From Heteronotia binoei (lineage: Eukaryota), in assembly GCF_032191835.1 (NCBI RefSeq), contig NC_083235.1, forward strand, positions 23,994,001 to 24,058,000: 64,000 nt of DNA, written 5' to 3'. Shown here one piece after another: positions 59,659-64,000 of this stretch. Position 1 is the stretch's first letter. Every line of letters begins with the position of its first letter. The translations under genes were made by a program, and so were the position numbers. The notes below the pieces were generated by a model, which was given only the letters and a program-made list of their open reading frames with translations, made no database searches and had not been told where the DNA came from.

Positions 59659-60148
59659 TAGGGTTGCCAAGTCCAATTTAAGAAATATCTGGGGACTTTG
59701 GGGGTGGAGCCAAGATCAAGGCTGTGACAACATCATTGAACTCCAAAGGGAGTTCTGGCCATCACATTTAAAGAGACAGCACACCTTTTCAATGCCTTCC
59801 TTCCATAGGAAATAATGAAGGATAGGGGCACCTTCTTTGGGGACTCATAGAATTGGACCCCCTGGTCCAATCTTTTTGAAACTTGGGGGGGGGGGTATTT
59901 TGGGGAGAGCCACTAGATGCTATACCAAAAATTTGGTGCCTCTACCTCAAACAACAGCGCCCCCAAAGCCCCAGATACCCGCGGATCAATTCTCCATGAT
60001 TTTCTATGGGAATAAATCTCCATAGGGAATAACAGAGTTCCCGGCAGACATTTCCCTCCCCTCCCCCCGCTTTCTGACGCCCCTGAAGTGGAGGGAGGGC
60101 CTCCAAACCGGGGAATCTCCTGCCCCCACCTGGGAATTGGCAACCCTA
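59659..60148 (-). mobile_element. Non-autonomous hAT element with TAGGGTTGCCAA TIRs; opposite-orientation copy at 25866-26367; shorter related family at about 620-830, 13990-14200, 39436-39650, 57940-58145, 62534-62748, 63560-63775
   Basis: TIRs plus perfect 8-bp TSD tgctatgt. Confidence 0.8.
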
Positions 60149-63100
60149 TGCTATGTAGAATGGGTGTTTATTCTGGAGCGAAAGTACAGGGCTGCCGTGT
60201 TAGCTAGGCAACCTAAAAGGGAATGTGCTTGCAAGAGAAACAACAGTCCAAAGTGCAGATCTGGGTACGGCTGGTTCTGAAAGATCGCTCTACCAGGTCA
60301 AGAAAGCCAATGAGAAATCCAGACTGTTTCCTTAAGGACAACAGGCTACAGTCAAGGCCACCCTGGATCTGGATAGCCCAAGATAGCCCAATCTTGTCAG
60401 AATTTCGAACCTAAGGAGGGCTGGCCCTGATTACTATTTGGGTGGGAAACTATCGACTTATTTATCGTATGGCACAGCTACACACAGGAAGTTTGTAGTA
60501 ATATAAAATACGTAACCAAGTTGGTACAATAAGTACACACACCAATTGGGCAAACCCCCTAAATAGTAATATCTACATTTTCAACCCCCTCCGTTGCAGC
60601 TGGGGAAAGTTCAACATTCTCCAAAAATGACATGGAGTGTGTCTGCTACAACACTTAGAATCTACAACAAGCTCTCCCTCCCCCCCCTTTCCTCCCCAAG
60701 GAAGGAGCCTCAGCAAATGGAGAAAATAGAGGCTTTGCTCTATAGCTCCTGTGCAATTGAGCAAGCCTTGCAAAGCAAACTGTGATGCAGAAAGAAGCAA
60801 GAGAGAGGGAGAAGGAAGCAGATGACAGCCAGTCACTTGGGGACCTGATAGGAGTCTTCTGGGGGCCTGATTCGGCCCCTGAGCCACATGTTTGACACCC
60901 CTGTCTTAGATGCTCAGCTTTGGGGTTGCTGTATAGTACCAAGGAATATGATGCTTCAGTGTGGCTCAGTCATAAAGGAAATCTGGACACAGAGGCAGGC
61001 AACGGCAAACCACCAGTCTGAACAAACTCTTGCTTTGAAAATCCTACAGGGTCTCTGACTTGATGGCCAAAAAAAGAAAAAAGTCCAGGCTGGAAAGTTC
61101 TAAAGGCTTCTTACAAAGCACGGTACCCTGATATTTCACTTTATTTAGAAGAGTACTTTGCGTAGGTGAGGCACACTTTCCTCCCCCCTATTCAAATCAA
61201 AGGCACACCTCAATCCACGGTGCACGTTTGACTCTACAGCTAAGCCAGCCCTGTGTATCATCCTGCCAAGCTCTTACCATATCTCTGCAACTAGCTAAAA
61301 CCATCTGTAGTGCCAGGGCTTATGTGTTAGCTTGTCTGCCTAAGTCCCTGCAAGAGCTTCTGTTTACATTTAAAGGGTGATAACAGCCAGCTGAACAGCA
61401 TTAGACCTTAGCTGGTAATTAGTGGCTCTCTGGGATGGTTAAAGGAGGAGATTTTTCTTCCTTGTACAGCTTGCGTGCTAGCTTAGGCAAGGGGTTGATG
61501 CGGCCTTAGGGTCACTGAAGTGAATGTTTTGGAATCCTGGAAGACTCTGTCAGACAGTCCCAGAGGAGGAGTTGCCCTGTGAAGCTCTGGACTTTTAACT
61601 GTCTACAATTGGCTTGTTGCCAAGGTAGTTTAGCTAGTTATAAAAGATTTTTGTTATTTTCTTTACACTGTGTGTTGCGGAATGCCTGTGAACCCTGAAT
61701 AAATCTTGTTTGAACTTTTGTTCCAGTGTCTGTGTCAGTGGCTTGCAGAAGGGACCAGTTGCCTTTCGGACTTACCAAAGAGTGCTCCTGTGAGTGAATA
61801 CCTCAAGTCTCTCCCTATTAATATGAAAATTATTGACCCTTCTAGAAGGAACAGGGTGCACTGGGCTCTAGAACTTCGAATACCTGGTCTGGTGGCAGCT
61901 TATGTGGGGGAAGGTAGCAGAGCTCTGCCTCCTTTTATGGGATAAATTCTAAAGGGCCCTGTTAGCAGGGTTCCAAGACTGGTCTCCTCACAGGAAGCTA
62001 GGAAGAGTGCTCAAGGGGAACCAGGGGCTGAGGGGCTCTACACCATTGGCAATCAAAGTAGTAAAATTCTCCTTTTTTCGTTCCAATGGTATACTGACTA
62101 ATTTGAAATTACAGAACCTAAATGAAACATTCCCTAATCTCCTGGTGGTAACTGTATTTCCCAGCCTACAGGAGGAAAAGTAGTTGGGTGGAAGGAAGGG
62201 CCCAATTTTAATTGGAGGACGAATATCAATGCGGAAGAAAGCAGAAGAGAAATACTCAAGCATCTTCTCTCCCCAACCTCCAGTTCCTCTGTCAGTCTTT
62301 TGCAACTATTTTGCATCTAAAAATACATCGGGGGACTGCTTATGCATCACCTGCAAATGTTTTATATTGGCCCACAGAGACACATTTCCCAAGTTATAAG
62401 CATGCCAACAAGAGAGGTTGACTTTGGCACAGTGTTTGCCAATGGGCTGCCCATGGGTGCCATGGCACCCATGAATACCTTTCCTGGAACCCAAGTATTT
62501 TTAGACAGGTCACAGACCACTGTAGGACAGACAGGGTTGCCAGCTCCAGGTTATGATATACCTGGAGATTTGGGGGTGGAGCCTGTGGAGGGCAGGGTTT
62601 GGGGAGGGGAGGGACTCCAAACGGTGCAGTGCCATAGAACCCACCCTCCAAAGCAGCCATTTTCTCTGCAGGAAGTAACCTCTGTTGTCTGGAGATCAGT
62701 TGTAATTCTGGGGGATCTCCAGACCCCAGATGAAGGCTGGCAACCCTACAAGGAAACTGAAGTGTAGGGAACAAGAGGAGTAAATATTAAAAATACACTG
62801 GGAAGGAGTCAGAGACAGAATAAAACCAACACCGTAGCAGCAGCTCTCTGCACAACCAATCAGATTGCCAGTGGACAATCAGAAGCCCTATTGGGCAAGA
62901 GCCCATGTGGCCCAACCTACTTTCTAAAAATACTTGCTGGGTGCCAGGAAAGGTGTTGGTAGGCATTATGGTGCCCCAGGCACCACATGGGAGTCCCCTG
63001 ATGTAAAGACACATACATGCTGTGGGGGAGGGGGAGCAAATGGCCATCAGAAAACACATTGGTGGCTACCACAGCCCAACGTGGGATGCCACATTGAAGA

Positions 63101-64000
63101 TCACCAAGATACACTTCCAGTGGTTTTCCCTCCTTGCTAGAATCCATGACAGTTTAACTGTGTTGTTTTCTGTCATAGTAACACACAATACCTGCTCTTG
63201 AAGCATGGTTTTAATAGTAAGAGGAAGACCGGGTGTTAGTCACTTTTGCTTGAATGTTTTGGAAAAACTTAGAGATGGGAAACATTCTCACATCTCTTCA
63301 GGCTTACTTAAATTAGTTGGGATAAATTGTCTTGGGACTGTTTGAAAGTAAACTTCATGAGGTAGCTTGGCTGGAGAGACAAGGGTTGGGGCATGTTCTC
63401 AAGATTATTCAATGCAGAATATCTTACATTTTTTTTCTGTTTATTTTATGTTTTTAAACTGTTTTAAACATTCCATAAGTATTTATATTTTAAATGCTTT
63501 ATCTCAAATATTTAAATGTTTTGTTTTAATGTCGGGATCCTAAATTGGGTGGAAAATAGGGTTACTAGCTCCAGGTTGGGAAATACTTGGAGATTTGGGG
63601 GGTGGAGCCTGAAGAGGGCAGGGTTTGGGGAGGGGAGGACTTCAGTGGGGTACAATGCCATACAGCCCACCTTCCAAAGCGGCCGTTTTCTCCAGAGGAA
63701 CTGATCTCTGTCACCTGGAGATCAGTTGTAATAGCGGGAGATCTCCAGTCACCACCTGGTGGCTGGCAACCCTAGTGAAAACATGGTACAGAAATGTTTT
63801 AAATAATAAAAAAATATCCCCCAAAGTAAACAGCCCAGCCCATCTCACCAGGGCAGGAGGTGCTTCAGAAGACTCGAGAAGGCATCACCTTTAGGTCTGT
63901 AGGAAACACCCATTCAGATACAGAAGCCCTCATCCTAGGATGATGTTTGACTTGGGACCTCCCAAACTTCTGAAATAGCCACCCATGTTAGCCATTCTGT

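Noticed and set aside
1-64000. CRISPR arrays, rRNA or true tRNA genes
   Set aside because: None seen. The tRNA-like A/B boxes belong to SINE heads, and the repeats are dispersed eukaryotic elements.

Overview
Vertebrate genomic DNA. The repeat content (Sauria-SINE-like, CR1, L2, L1, hAT MITEs) points to a squamate reptile, probably a gecko (inference). There are three N gaps. The window holds the coding region of one multi-exon gene on the minus strand, STAT6, from the ATG at 51290 to a TGA at 3214-3216. I reconstructed the exons by hand from GT-AG sites and phase continuity. Most core exons have the sizes I recall for human STAT6 (116, 139, 84, 149, 132, 189, 88, 123, 93, 207, 95, 137, 147, 64 nt). 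The model gives about 848 aa, or about 882 aa with one weak extra exon. The most interesting structure is at the start of the transactivation domain: a ~1 kb intron+exon unit is tandemly duplicated, giving two intact, diverged, phase-symmetric paralogous exons (14731-14823 and 13060-13155). It lies next to a ~700-bp inverted duplication, and one copy has a retro-insertion whose target-site duplication keeps a branch-point-like motif. Other points of interest are two candidate small exons in place of human exon 6, substitutions at conserved SH2/DBD residues, a degenerate LxxLL motif, an L1 5'-end-only insert with a TSD, a perfect 41-bp hairpin and many nested hAT MITEs. I did not locate the non-coding first exon or promoter. 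I saw no rRNA, tRNA gene or CRISPR array.
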